Notes: generated from the sequence alone by a model not told the origin. Counted from the first letter of the stretch, positions 1 through 11,293 are shown. The stretch is 64,000 bases of DNA from Octopus vulgaris (GCA_951406725.2 OX597835.1:31868001-31932000); one strand, 5' to 3'. A program made the numbers and translations.

Positions 1-94
1 TAATTAATCTTAATTATATTTAATTTATATAAAAAATGTTATGTATTGGATTAAGTCTTTCTTTGTTTCATTTGCATAATCATGGTTTTGTCTC

Positions 95-132
<38 letters not shown>

Positions 133-165
133 CATATATTGATATATGCATATATATATATCCCC

Positions 166-226
<61 letters not shown>

Positions 227-384
227 CATATATTGATATATGCATATATATATATATGCCCATATATATATATACTTATATATATATTGGTAAAACGGTA
301 AGATAACAAAAGAAAGAGACCTCAATATTATGTAAATAGAGGAACTTTATCTATACAATAATATGTTACATTACTCGATAGTCA

Positions 385-444
385 AGATAAAACTCTGAGT
401 TTCAGATGCCGAAGTGGGAATCCACGACATCTCTTCGGGTATCT
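385..444 (-). ncRNA. Putative minimal type I hammerhead ribozyme, CCGAAGA core variant (inverted copy)
   Basis: Reverse complement of the 1440-1499 motif with one substitution in stem I. Confidence 0.5.
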
Positions 445-1439
445 GGCTATTTGAAAACGCTATGAAAAACTACCGTTATACAAAGGGAAATTACTGTGTT
501 ATAACTCTGCTTGCCTACGTACTTATACATCGCTCGCATTTTTCGCCATAAAAATTATATAAAAATGCATAAAAAATATATGAAAAATATATAAAAATAT
601 ATAAAATGTGTGATGAGATAAAAGAACCTTCTTGGGACATAACATAGAAAGCATGTTCTATCTGTTTTCTTTAGGGGACCAAAAACGTAACAGAAATGTG
701 TCACATATGGGCATGATCCGAAAAGTTCCGTCCTTGCGTTTAGACATGAACAGTTCTGTTTAGACACAAGTTCTGTCCTTGTGTTTAGACATGAACAGCT
801 GTTTTCTTGTTGTGTTTTTTGTATGTTATGTTTGATTATGTTCATGCAGGAATAAAGAATTGTGCCCGCTAAATGGAGCTTGCATGTCCAAGACCATCAT
901 ATATGAAGCTACCGTAGACTCTATAACCACTAAAGACACCGTTTCGACGAAGATAATACGTGGGCCTTACAGAGGGTAACTTCAAGGCCAGATTCAATAA
1001 CCATACTTTGAGCTTTAGGCACTGGAACAAAGAAAAGCGACACAATTATCTAATCATATTTGGTCTTTAAGAGATAAAGGTGTCGATTATAACATTCATT
1101 GGAATATTTTGGCCAGATGTAAGCCCTATACCAACGGCAGCGGAAGGTGCGGTCTATGCGACATGGAGAGATGGCTTATCTGGAAAAGCAGCTTAGACCC
1201 TACTACATGTCTAAACACAAAGACAGAACTTTTCCAATCATGCCCCCATGTGACTAAATTTCTGTTACGTTTTTGCTCCCCTAAAGAAAACAGATAGAAC
1301 ATGCTTTCTATGTTATATCCCAAGAAGGTTTTTTTTACCTCATCACACATTTTATATATTTTATATATTTTTTATATATCTTTTATGTATTTTTATATAA
1401 TTTTTATGTCGAAAAATGCGAGCGATGTATAAGTACGCC

Positions 1440-1499
1440 AGATAACCGAAGAGATGTCGTGGATTCCCACTTCGGCATCTGAAACTCAGAGTTTTATCT
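1440..1499 (+). ncRNA. Putative minimal type I hammerhead ribozyme, CCGAAGA (U4C) core variant
   Basis: agataa-CCGAAGA-gatgtcg..cggcatc(t)-GAAA-ctc a gag-TT-ttatct: 6 bp stem I, 7 bp stem II with an inner gtgg/ccac hairpin, near-palindromic stem III, GUU site; lies in the PLE 3' UTR. Confidence 0.6.
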
Positions 1500-1533
1500 T
1501 GACTATCGAGTAATGTAACATATTATTGTATAG

Positions 1534-1604
<71 letters not shown>

Positions 1605-1660
1605 CATATATATACACACACACACATATATATATATATACTTGTATATATACATACACT

Positions 1661-1711
<51 letters not shown>

Positions 1712-1712
1712 A

Positions 1713-1965
1713 AGGCGCATGGCTCAGTGGTAAGAGCGTCGACCTTCCGATCGCGAGGTTGTGAGTTCGAATCCCGGACCAGGATGTGTGTCGCGTTCTT
1801 GAGCAAGACACTTTATTTCACGTTGATCCAGTTCACTCAGCTGTAGAAATGAGTTGCGACGTCACGGGTGCCAAGCTGTATCAGCTATCGGTTACCCCTT
1901 GGATAACACTGGTGGCATGGAGAGGGGAGGCTGGTACTGCTGGTCTTCCATAAACAACCTTTCTA
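1713..1965 (+). mobile_element. tRNA-derived SINE with CORE-like central domain (family S4)
   Basis: A box tggctcagtgg, B box gttcgaatcc, then cttgagcaagacacttta...ctgtagaaatgag. Related copies at 48963-49210 and 62600-62846. Confidence 0.8.
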
Positions 1966-2411
1966 GGTGCGGTCGTGAAAGATACATATAAATGTAATTT
2001 GTTGAACTGTATACATGCTAGATTTCGGTCGAGCGTCCTATATCTAGTTCTGGAAATTGTGTTTTGTAAACGACAGACTATGCTGATGTTCTTGCAGTTG
2101 TTTACGTATCCATATGGGTGAATATTAACAAGTGAAACTAATTAGTACATAGGTAATCGTTTTTTTATTTCGTATATTTTTGTTTGTCTTGCTTATTTTT
2201 ACAATTTGGTATTTTGCTGAATTTTTTTCTTGAGAACACATTCTTCGTGAAAAATGGCGATTCTGACGTCTATATCTAGCATACAGGCTGTCCACTTTCA
2301 GTGGTCAGTCCTCTAAATTTTGAATGTAAAAAAAATTTTTAATCTTCGGATTTTTTAATATATGCTAGGCCACTGGTTTTAATTGGTTAATATCAATTTC
2401 TATCCTTACTT

Positions 2412-2570
2412 AGCAAATCGACCACAGGACTTATTTTTTGTAAGCCTAGTACTTATTCTATCGGTTTCTCGTGCCGAACCGCTAAGTTACGTGGATGTAA
2501 ACACACCAGCATCCGTTGTCAAGAGATGTTGGGGAGACAAACACAGACACAATCATTTATACACACACAC

Positions 2571-2622
<52 letters not shown>

Positions 2623-2782
2623 GACGGGCTTCTTTCAGTTTCCGTCTACCAAATCCACTCACAAGGCTTTGGTCAGCCCGAGGCTATAGTAGAAGACACT
2701 TGCCCAAGGTGCCACGCAGTGGAACTCAACCCGGAACCATGTGGTTCATAAACAAGCTGCTTACCACACAGCCACTCCTACG

Positions 2783-2784
<2 letters not shown>
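2412..2784 (-). mobile_element. tRNA-derived SINE family S1 (most abundant in the window)
   Basis: Reverse complement of ggagtggctgtgtggtaag...gcaccttgggcaagtgtcttctactatagcc...gtagacggaaactgaaagaagcccgtc-(TA/TG)n-body; matches 23388-23873 and 44063-44432. Confidence 0.85.
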
Positions 2785-2862
<78 letters not shown>

Positions 2863-3189
2863 TACATATATGTATATATGAATGTGTACCTCACTGTGCA
2901 TGTATGTGTATGTAGATATCTACATAGATCTTGTCGATAACAACCAATCTAATAAATTAGTTTATCAACAGAACATATTTTCGACCACAGCCAAAACGCC
3001 TCTGAGAATACAGCAAAGTCCCATGACGATAATAAATTCCTCTTACAGTCAACTGGAGCCTATTTACTATTACTAAATCACTAATATAAACAACAGATCA
3101 CGACAGATTGTTAAAGCAATTATATAGTAAATAACCAGCAGTCTATTCATCAATTTGTATTGTTCTAACGATCGGATTAGCAGATCATG

Positions 3190-3432
3190 TTAACCAGACC
3201 GGACATTGTGTGTGTTTATTGAGCTAAAACACCTAAGGCTCCACGAGGCACCGACAGGGGGTGGTGGTGACCCCTCCTGTACTCTTTCGCCCCAACTTTC
3301 TCTCACTCTTTCCTCCTGTTTCTCCAGTAAGGCTGCAATGGACTGGCGTCCCGTCCCGCTGGGAGGGAACGCATACGCAATAGAAACCTGGAAACCGGGC
3401 CCATGAGCCTGGCTAGGCTTGAAAAGGGCGCA
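3190..3432 (+). mobile_element. SINE family S3 body carrying the S4-type 3' tail
   Basis: Body gtgtttattgagc..aaacacctaa..ctccacgagg..ggtggtga matches 13560-13660; tail gatggactggcgtcccgtcc...gcccatgagcctggctagg..aaaagggcgc matches the reverse complement of 62600-62700. Confidence 0.75.
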
Positions 3433-4097
3433 AAGAATGAAAGTACGAGAGTTAATTCTGCCATAAATGAATTCGATTTATTGAGTACAGTTTCAGCTAT
3501 CATTTGAAACTGCTTACTTTTGAGCTATATATTCTGTTTTGCAAAAACATCCAGTCACTAAAACAATCACTTTTGTTGTTTCTAAGCTAATTATATTATT
3601 TTACACTTAAATATTTATTCACGTGTAACAACTGGGAAGTAAGTTACGTAAGAATTTTTTGTCGTGAAAGAAAACAATCGACTGAAATTTATCATCCAAC
3701 GCTTTCTTTTTATATAAAGCAGTTTTGACTTAGCTATTTCACTGTAATATTACGTTGATGTTGCGAATAAAATTTATCAAAGAAAAAAATCTCTTGGCAT
3801 TCATCACCTATCACAAATAAAACTAACATACGTACATATATGTTCTCAAAAGTGAGAGCTTTTGTGTTGTTGATAGTACTACTAGAAAGAGCGGCCAAAT
3901 CCCCCATAAATAACACGACATGGAATTATGGACACTGAAATTTTACTCTATAAAGTGCAACTAAATATATAGCCCTATTTATGTCTAATATAAATTATAC
4001 ACGTATTTATCAGAATAACGAAATAAAAAATAACTACAACAATAATTTCTGATATTTCAAAATTAAATATTAGTAACAATTATTATCACTATTATTA

Positions 4098-4152
<55 letters not shown>

Positions 4153-4679
4153 CATTTTCAGAAATCAATTTATTTTTTATGATATGAAAACTAGAAAAAA
4201 ATTATCCGTATCAATATAACGTACGATCAAATGGTAAAAGGCAAGAGAATTAATTGGATTTTCTTAGATTTCTTTTCCACTCAATTGTAATCGCTGTTTG
4301 TTCCCGGCTTATTTTTTACTGGACGAATGAGCAAATACAAACGAGAGACATAAATTTTCTCGGAGAATAGCAACAAGAAATTCAGCTGCAAACAAACACA
4401 CCGAGAAAGAACGAAACGAAAACGAACTTCAAAGAGAAGCGAAAGACAATCTGGAGAAGAATATTCTCAAGAGAAGTGACTTCGCAGTTTGGATAACGAT
4501 GCTGAGAAACATAATGAAGCCCGAGGACAATTTTCTCAATTATCAGTCCGAATATGTTTGATGCGCGTTTGAACTGGGAAACAAGCTACTCACTGCGTTT
4601 TGTCACGGAGAATATATCTCGTTTGTTAACAAATGATGTGTATACACCTAAATCAGTTCGCAGCGCCACCTACCAAGAC

Positions 4680-4725
4680 TGTGAGGTACTAGAATTTCGG
4701 AGTAGATATCTCTTCGTCAGTCACA
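4680..4725 (-). ncRNA. Decayed minimal hammerhead ribozyme motif
   Basis: Minus strand: tgtga-CTGACGA-agag atatcta ctcc-GAAA-ttctagta-CC-tcaca. Stem I is 5 bp; about three substitutions from canonical, including U16.1. Confidence 0.4.
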
Positions 4726-5229
4726 AACTCCAGGCAGACTACACTACGAAATGATTGGAAAGATGACCTCTCTTATGCTTTTCCAGTCACCGTACGGTGG
4801 CTGGTAGCGCTATACGGTGGCTCACGTTAAGTAATTTACGGAAGGCAGTACTAAGCTGTGTTACATAAAACTGCAACTTTATTAGCAATCTGAATATGCT
4901 TGATGCACGTTCGGATTGCAACAAGCGAGATATACACTCCATGACAAAACGCGGTGAGTACTTTGTTCCTAATGAAGAGATAACTACACCGAAATGCTAG
5001 CTAGAAACAAAATTCTTGCCGCAATTTTTACATGATTGTTTTGAGGGTAATTTTCAATAGCTATTCTCAAATAATTAATTAAGTTATATTCTAATATTTT
5101 CTTCCTTCTTTGCAGATTATACAATAGTAGTCTTCGTGTTTTACCTTTTTAAAAATTAATTTAGTTCACCTGCGTATCAGACACTGGATGCTGTATGAGT
5201 TCAAATTACTCTTTAGCAATGGAAGGGGA

Positions 5230-5925
5230 AAGGAAGATTCATTCTTTCTATTGCAATGAAGCTTTAAATGTCCGGAAATGCCAACAACTGCTTCACTAAT
5301 TTCTTTCGGAAATGTTTTCACTCGCTGATTACAATCGATCTGAACTACAAAGTTCTGTCAATATTGAGCTGTTGAAAAGCCTTAGATGAAAATAACTCTA
5401 AAGCTAACAGTGCAGTAATTAACAAAGTGATCAAGACACACTTTGATGAACTACGAAATTGGTCTAATCTTAGTGGGATTCTTATCATCTGAGAGCTCCT
5501 CAGCTGAATCAATGAGCTATTGCCTGCTCATCATTGAAAGGTAGACTTCCAACCAAACATTTTCTGGGTAGAATCATCACAAGTGATGAAAAGTAAGTAT
5601 CCATATCCATACTGAATGAAAACTAAAATGGTTAGCAACCATTGTACTTTTCATAGCATGAATAAAAGTTCCTTGCTTTTCTAGTGAGCCATTTCTTATG
5701 CCAAAGAAGGAAACCATGACACCTACATTTGTCAAGAACCTTTCACACATGATCCATTGACCGTTAACAGAATGTCAAAACCAAGTGCTGCCTCTCCTGG
5801 AATGGTGAATTTTTTGTCATATTCCTCTAGTTTTGCGCTGGTATTGCCTCCATCGAAATCATAAATTAGAACTTAGCTGAATTTGAGCACTTTAAGTCTA
5901 GCCTGTTTCTGAGTATTGTTAAAGT
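5230..5925 (-). pseudogene. Heavily decayed piggyBac (PGBD4-like) transposase fragment
   Basis: Manual minus-strand reading across frameshifts gives motifs in piggyBac order: FDGGNTSAKLEEYDK (cf. LRFDD..TR..R...DK), LTVN (cf. LTVDE), FGIR (cf. KFGIK), DHF..ALLALEL (cf. DNFFTS..LA..L), FPKEI. Confidence 0.45.
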
Positions 5926-5994
5926 TAACAATCTCTACATAAATTGTATAATTTATACATATCTATATATATACATACATGCATAAATGCATAC

Positions 5995-6055
<61 letters not shown>

Positions 6056-6067
6056 CATATATATACA

Positions 6068-6463
6068 TATTCTTCTATTCTTTTATATGTTTCAGTCCAA
6101 TGACTGCGGCCATGCTGGAGCATGTAATCATCTTTCCACTTTCCACCTTTGTTGAAGGATGGAGTCCGATGCTACTGCACTCTTTTGAGTTTTTTGCTTA
6201 GATATTGGCTCATCCTGGATCTCGGCAAGGCAGAGGTCAAGTTCGTTTGAAAACGTCTACATTCATTCCATGGAGGCTCCTCAGATGCTTCGACAGACAT
6301 TTAAACAGCTGTGGGCACTCGAAACCCAAGTTATTGCAGTACATCGCTCTTGCCCGAGATGAAGCGGTCGGCACAGTGGGGTAGGATAGTGACATCCTGT
6401 TCGTGCTCTGGTATAGCTCTTTATTCCAAAGTTTGGTACCAGTACTTCCAGTATCTTCCATAT
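6068..6463 (-). mobile_element. 3' fragment of a CR1-group LINE (family L-A) ending in the S1-type tail
   Basis: IWKILEVLVPNFGIKSY..RTG / YCNNLGF..PQLF..L..HLRSLHG..VDVFK..LDL.LA.I.DEP..., followed by gctccagcatggccgcagtcattggactgaaac and an aaagaata-type repeat. Confidence 0.8.
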
Positions 6464-6478
6464 ACATACATACATACA

Positions 6479-6530
<52 letters not shown>

Positions 6531-6809
6531 CATCTAAAACCTATCAATCTACGTGCGTATGCAAAGCTGTATATGTGTGAAGTGTATAAGTATGGGTCCA
6601 CATACATATACTATTTTTCGTATATTATGATATAAATCCGAACATCCATAGAATCGTTAGTTCTACTGCTACAGGAAATCTCTTTCCAATTTCTTCATAT
6701 CTCTAAAACCTAACTTTGAAAATAGGCCAAATTTTTAATTTGATGAACAATTTAATGTAAACGATATATCTACTTTATTTGATTTTTCGAAAACATTATC
6801 CTACATATT

Positions 6810-7003
6810 GTTGTTACTGTTGTTTTGTTGATTTTGTTGCTGCTGCTGCTGCTGGTATTCTTGTTGTTGTTGCTGTTTATGTTCTTCTTCTTCTTCTTCT
6901 TCTTCTTCTTCTTCTTCTTCTTCTTCTTCTTCTTCTTCTCGTCATCATCACCGTCATCGGCATCGGCATCATCATCATCATCACCAACATCACCACCACC
7001 ACC

Positions 7004-7050
<47 letters not shown>
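6810..7050. repeat. Compound trinucleotide microsatellite (GTT/GCT/CTT/CAT/CAC)n
   Basis: Directly visible tandem runs. Confidence 0.95.
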
Positions 7051-7051
<1 letters not shown>

Positions 7052-7325
7052 GACATCTAGCTATTAATGTTACTTTCTTTTTTTCTCCCTTACTGACAAT
7101 TCTAATTGTTCTTCACTAATTCTAACTCTAATTGTCAGCTACTCAGCTACGTGTGTCCTTTGATCATTTACTCGATTTTGTAAAGAAAAAAAAACACGAG
7201 CATATAGTAGTATTAATCATACGAAAAGGTAAAATGCGTCTGTTGCGAGACAGACTTCAAATGCTAATTACGCAGTGGAATTCACATAGAAATTGGCGGG
7301 GATATAAATGATGTATTCTTATATG

Positions 7326-7399
<74 letters not shown>

Positions 7400-7473
7400 C
7401 GTGTGTGTGTCTGTGTCTGTGTGTGTATTTATATATATATATATATATGTAACCAATATTAAATCTCTAAAAG

Positions 7474-7530
<57 letters not shown>

Positions 7531-7572
7531 TATATATATATATATACAATATGTTACATTACTCGGTAGTCA

Positions 7573-7635
7573 AGATAAAACTCTGAGTTTCAGATGCCGA
7601 AGTGGAAATCCACAACACTATCTCTTCGGTTATCT
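7573..7635 (-). ncRNA. Putative hammerhead ribozyme, CCGAAGA core variant (third copy)
   Basis: agataa-CCGAAGA-gat..gtgg attt ccac..atc(t)-GAAA-ctcagag-TT-ttatct; only stem II differs from the 1440 copy. Confidence 0.55.
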
Positions 7636-7829
7636 GGCTATTTGAAAACGTTATGAAAAAATACCGTTAAAAATGAAGGGAAATTACTCTGTTATAACTC
7701 TGCTTTGCCTGCGTACTTATACATCGCTCGCATTTTTCGTCATAAAAATTATATAAAAATACATAAAAATATATAAAAATACATAAAAATATATAAATTC
7801 TTCTTGGGACATAACACAGAAAGCATGTT

Positions 7830-8662
7830 CTATCCGTTTTCTTTAGGGGACCAAAAACGTAACAGAAATTTAGTCACATGTGGGCATGATCCGAAAAGCT
7901 CTGTCCTTGTATTTAGACATGTGGTAGGGTCTAAGCTGCTTTTCCAGATAAGCCATCTCTCCATGTCGCATAAACCGCACCTTCCGCTGCCGTTAGTATA
8001 GGGCTTACATCTGGCCAAAATCTTGCATTGTATGTTATAATCGACACCTTTATCTCTTAAAGACCAAATATGATTGGATAATTGTGTCGCTTTTCTTTTG
8101 TTCCAGTGCCTAAAGCTCAAAGTGTGGTTATTGAACCTGGCCTTGAAATTACCCTCTGTAAGGCCCACGTATTTCTTCGTCGAAACGGTGTCTTTAGTTG
8201 TTATAGAGTTTACGGTAGCTTCATATATGATGGTCTTGGACATGCAAGCTCCATTTAGCGGGCACAATTCTTTATTCCTGCATGAACAGCTGTTTTCTTC
8301 TTGTGTTTTTTGTATGTTATGATTGATTATGTTTTTAAAATTGGTAGTTGAACTAAAACTAATTTTTAAATTGTGTCTATTGAAGAGTTTCCTATAAGCA
8401 TGGTTAACTGGAAAATGTCTATCTATCAGTGCTAGGAAATATTTACCTATATTGAAGGCCACCTCGGGTGAGTAAGGGGGCGTAAACCAGATGACCTTCC
8501 TATTTCTACTATTCCTTTTCCTTACTGTTGGGCTAGTGATAGGTGTATATTTTATTTTTTCGCTAAAACTACTATCTTTTAAAGCTTTATTATAAACTGG
8601 GGCAACTCTATTGAAGATGTCCTCATTAGATGAGAGGCTAGAAATCCTCTTACTCATATTTT

Positions 8663-8668
<6 letters not shown>
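7830..8668 (-). CDS. PLE polyprotein C-terminal part: RT thumb, CxCx5C linker, GIY-YIG endonuclease (5'-truncated; the ORF start lies in the TA repeat)
   Basis: KRISSLSSNEDIF...RKVIWFTPPYS...CSCRNKELCPLNGAC..TIIYEATV...YVGLTEGNFKARFNNH...LSNHIWSL...CGLCDMER...LNTRTEL..SCPH. Confidence 0.88.
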
Positions 8669-8692
<24 letters not shown>

Positions 8693-8699
<7 letters not shown>

Positions 8700-8998
8700 A
8701 TCACGTGACCGACCAGACCATCAGATGTTCTTACACATCGCTGGTCATAATGCGTTCGCATCGTTTTAGCCTTCGAATGACGCCGCCCCGCTGGCTAAGC
8801 GAGCAGACCAACAGAAGAAAGAGTGGGAGATAGAGTGGTGAAAGAGTACAGCAGAGATCACCACCCCCTGCCGGAGCCTCGTGGAGCTCTTTTAGGTGTT
8901 TTCGCTCAATAAACACTCGCAACGCCCGGTCTGGGAATTGAAACCGCGATCCTGCGACCGCGAGTCCGCTGCCCTAACCACTAGGCCATTGCGCCTCC
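8693..8998 (-). mobile_element. tRNA-derived SINE family S3, full length, in (TA)n
   Basis: Reverse complement of ggcgcaatggcctagtggttagggcagcggactcgcggtcgcagg..., ending ggtcggtcacgtgatcacgtgat; matches 13490-13797. Confidence 0.88.
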
Positions 8999-9200
8999 AC
9001 ATATATATATATATATATATATATTTAAATGCATACGCATATATCTATATATACATACACACATACATACACAGACACAGACACACACACACATATATAT
9101 ATGTATAGAGAGAGTGAGAGAAGAAGAAGAATGAGAGTTATACATATATATTTGATGGTGTATTTATAAAAAATATACACATGTAGTATATATATGCTTT

Positions 9201-9242
<42 letters not shown>

Positions 9243-9246
<4 letters not shown>

Positions 9247-10503
9247 TGTGTGGTCAAGAAGCTTTCATCCTGTTGGTCAAAATGTGACCAACAGCAGATA
9301 TAAACATTATCATTAATGCGATACTCGTTGAACGCAAGCGTCTTTTTTTGCGGTGTCTGATCACAGATGGGGACATGTCAAGAGAATAAGGGGCGGTTGA
9401 TCAACTGGCAGTCATTGAAACTATTGACATCTTTCTTGATGAAAGAGAACGCCCTTCGGCAGTTTTCCTGGGAGTTTGTCCTAGATTCCCTTTCGTAACT
9501 GCCTCAGTAAGTTGGCATAGTACACTCCATTGAGGATGTGAACCTTTACAATATAACCAATGTATAACACAGGGCGAAATGCTTAGCGGTATGTCGTCTG
9601 TCTTTATGTTCTGAGTTCAAATTCTCCCGAGGTCGACTTTGTCCTTCATCTTTCTGGGGTTGATAAATTGAGTACCAGATGCGTACTGGGGTCAATCTAA
9701 CCGACTGGCTCCCTCCCCAAAACCTTTCGGGCCTTGTGCCTAGAGTAGAAAAGTATATAACCAATGAATACAACGCGTTTTGTGTCCCCAAAACGGCAAC
9801 CATCATTTATCCTGCAGACGAAATTATTTCGACTCTCTTTGGAGCAGGTGGGAAGTGGTCTTTCCCCTGCATGGATTGTCTCTTTTTCTCTGACTCAAAG
9901 TGACGAACACAACTGACGTATCCTGACTTAGCGCCTATTCAAGGAAAAAAGTTGAATCTGCCACAGAACTATGTCAAATTTTCCCGTAATGTGGCCATTC
10001 GGTGCGCTTTTGATTAGGTGCCAGAAAACGGGACACCCACTGAACAGAAACCGTTGTCATGCCAACTTCATTGTGCTGAATATTCTGAACTCTCTCATGG
10101 GATATGCTGATGCATTTGATTTGTAGTCAATCGTCTGTCATCCAGCATTATGTGGTGAACATGATCAGTGTTTTTTCTAGGAGGTGGCAGTTGCAGGATG
10201 ACCAGACCTTCGGTCATTTTCAAGACACACCCTTTCCCTCCTGAATTCAGCTACCCACTTTTGTACTCTTCACAAATTCGGAGTGTTATCTCCTCATGTA
10301 GCAAGCATGTCAGCACTAATGTCGTTGGGACGCTAAACCCCTTCTTCTAAAGTTACTTGGTAACACCCCGATGCCAAATGTTGTGGATTTTAACGCGTCG
10401 TCGCTACTAATTACGTGTGAAGTCTTCTTACCCGAGAAGAAACAATGACATTATTTAGAACAAGAATTAACATTAATGCAAGAAAGATTTCACAGCACAC
10501 GTA
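9243..10503 (-). mobile_element. Decayed mariner/Tc1 DNA transposon interrupted by a SINE
   Basis: Minus strand reads DHVHHIMLDDRRLTTNQ..ISHERVQNI.HNEVGMTTVSVQWVSRFLAPNQKR (WVPRLL motif)...QS....P.PK...SAG.MM; possible degraded TIRs at ~9243-9266 and ~10481-10503. Confidence 0.75.
9563..9754 (+). mobile_element. SINE family S2 (Meta-domain-like), 5'-truncated, with 12 bp TSD
   Basis: gttcaaatt..gaggtcgactttg.c.ttcatc.ttt..gggt.gataaatt.agtaccag; atataaccaatg at 9551-9562 and 9755-9766. Confidence 0.85.
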
Positions 10504-11206
10504 TCACTCCTTTATATTTAGCTCACCTCGTATATATACCAATCTGCTGTAGTTGATTATTTGTTAAAATCAGAGTATTAGATAAGAAGTTATTTCTTGC
10601 AATTATTCCTGTTAAACTATATAAATGATATAGAAGAACTAATGAATGTAAAGCAAAAAAAAAAGCAAAAAACATTTATATTAATTTCCCAAAGTATATG
10701 AGAGAATTACGTGATATCTAATTTGGTATGAAATATGGAAATTGTGATTACATTAGAGTCCTAACATTCAATATATATTTTCTTGTTTTAGTCGTTGTAT
10801 ATATTCTGTATATATTCTCTATATATTCTATATGTACATATTTTCTAGTTTTAGCTGCTGTATATATTCTGTATATATTCTGTATATATTGTGCATTTAT
10901 TGCTAGTTTTAGCCGTTGTGCTAACATATTAGCTTCTATCTAAAGGTCATTGGCTTTATTCATGACAGTTTGAACAAGTGCCCCGGGTGGCAGATATATT
11001 GCGACCCTAAATATACGTTCGTAGAAACAAACTATCACAATAAGTTATATAAACGTGATACAGATACTGGCGAATGTTCCTCTACGTTGCCAATTGTTTT
11101 AATAAATCGAAACATACAGGAAACAGGATTACTGTTCCACCGAATTCGAAATTGACGGAAATATAGAAAATAACGTCACACTCTACGTTATATATCAACA
11201 TGCCTG

Positions 11207-11246
<40 letters not shown>

Positions 11247-11293
11247 CATATATATATTTATATATATATGTATATATATAATACATATATATT

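Larger units (their letters stand above)
286..1529. mobile_element. Rearranged Penelope-like element (Naiad-type, family A): sense GIY-YIG fragment ~841-1529 plus an inverted copy of the 3' end ~286-846, flanked by (TA)n
   Basis: + strand from 841 reads SCRNKELCPLNGACMSKTIIYEATV...YVGLTEGNFKARFNNH...RCGLCDMERWLI...LNTKTELFQSCPH (one frameshift), near-identical to the 7830-8696 ORF. 357-447 is the reverse complement of 1437-1529, and ~518-770 of ~1205-1437. Confidence 0.88.
7546..8668 (-). mobile_element. 5'-truncated Penelope-like element (Naiad-type, family A) inserted in (TA)n
   Basis: Contains the thumb/linker/GIY-YIG ORF and a 3' UTR homologous to 357-700; both ends abut (TA)n. Confidence 0.92.

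Noticed and set aside
1713-1785. tRNA-like sequences (also 8925-8998, 13490-13565, 32241-32315, 62770-62846)
   Set aside because: They are SINE heads continuing into SINE bodies, with imperfect cloverleafs; not tRNA genes.
6779-7067. Hydrophobic or Ser/Pro-rich ORFs resembling membrane proteins
   Set aside because: Product of compound trinucleotide repeats.
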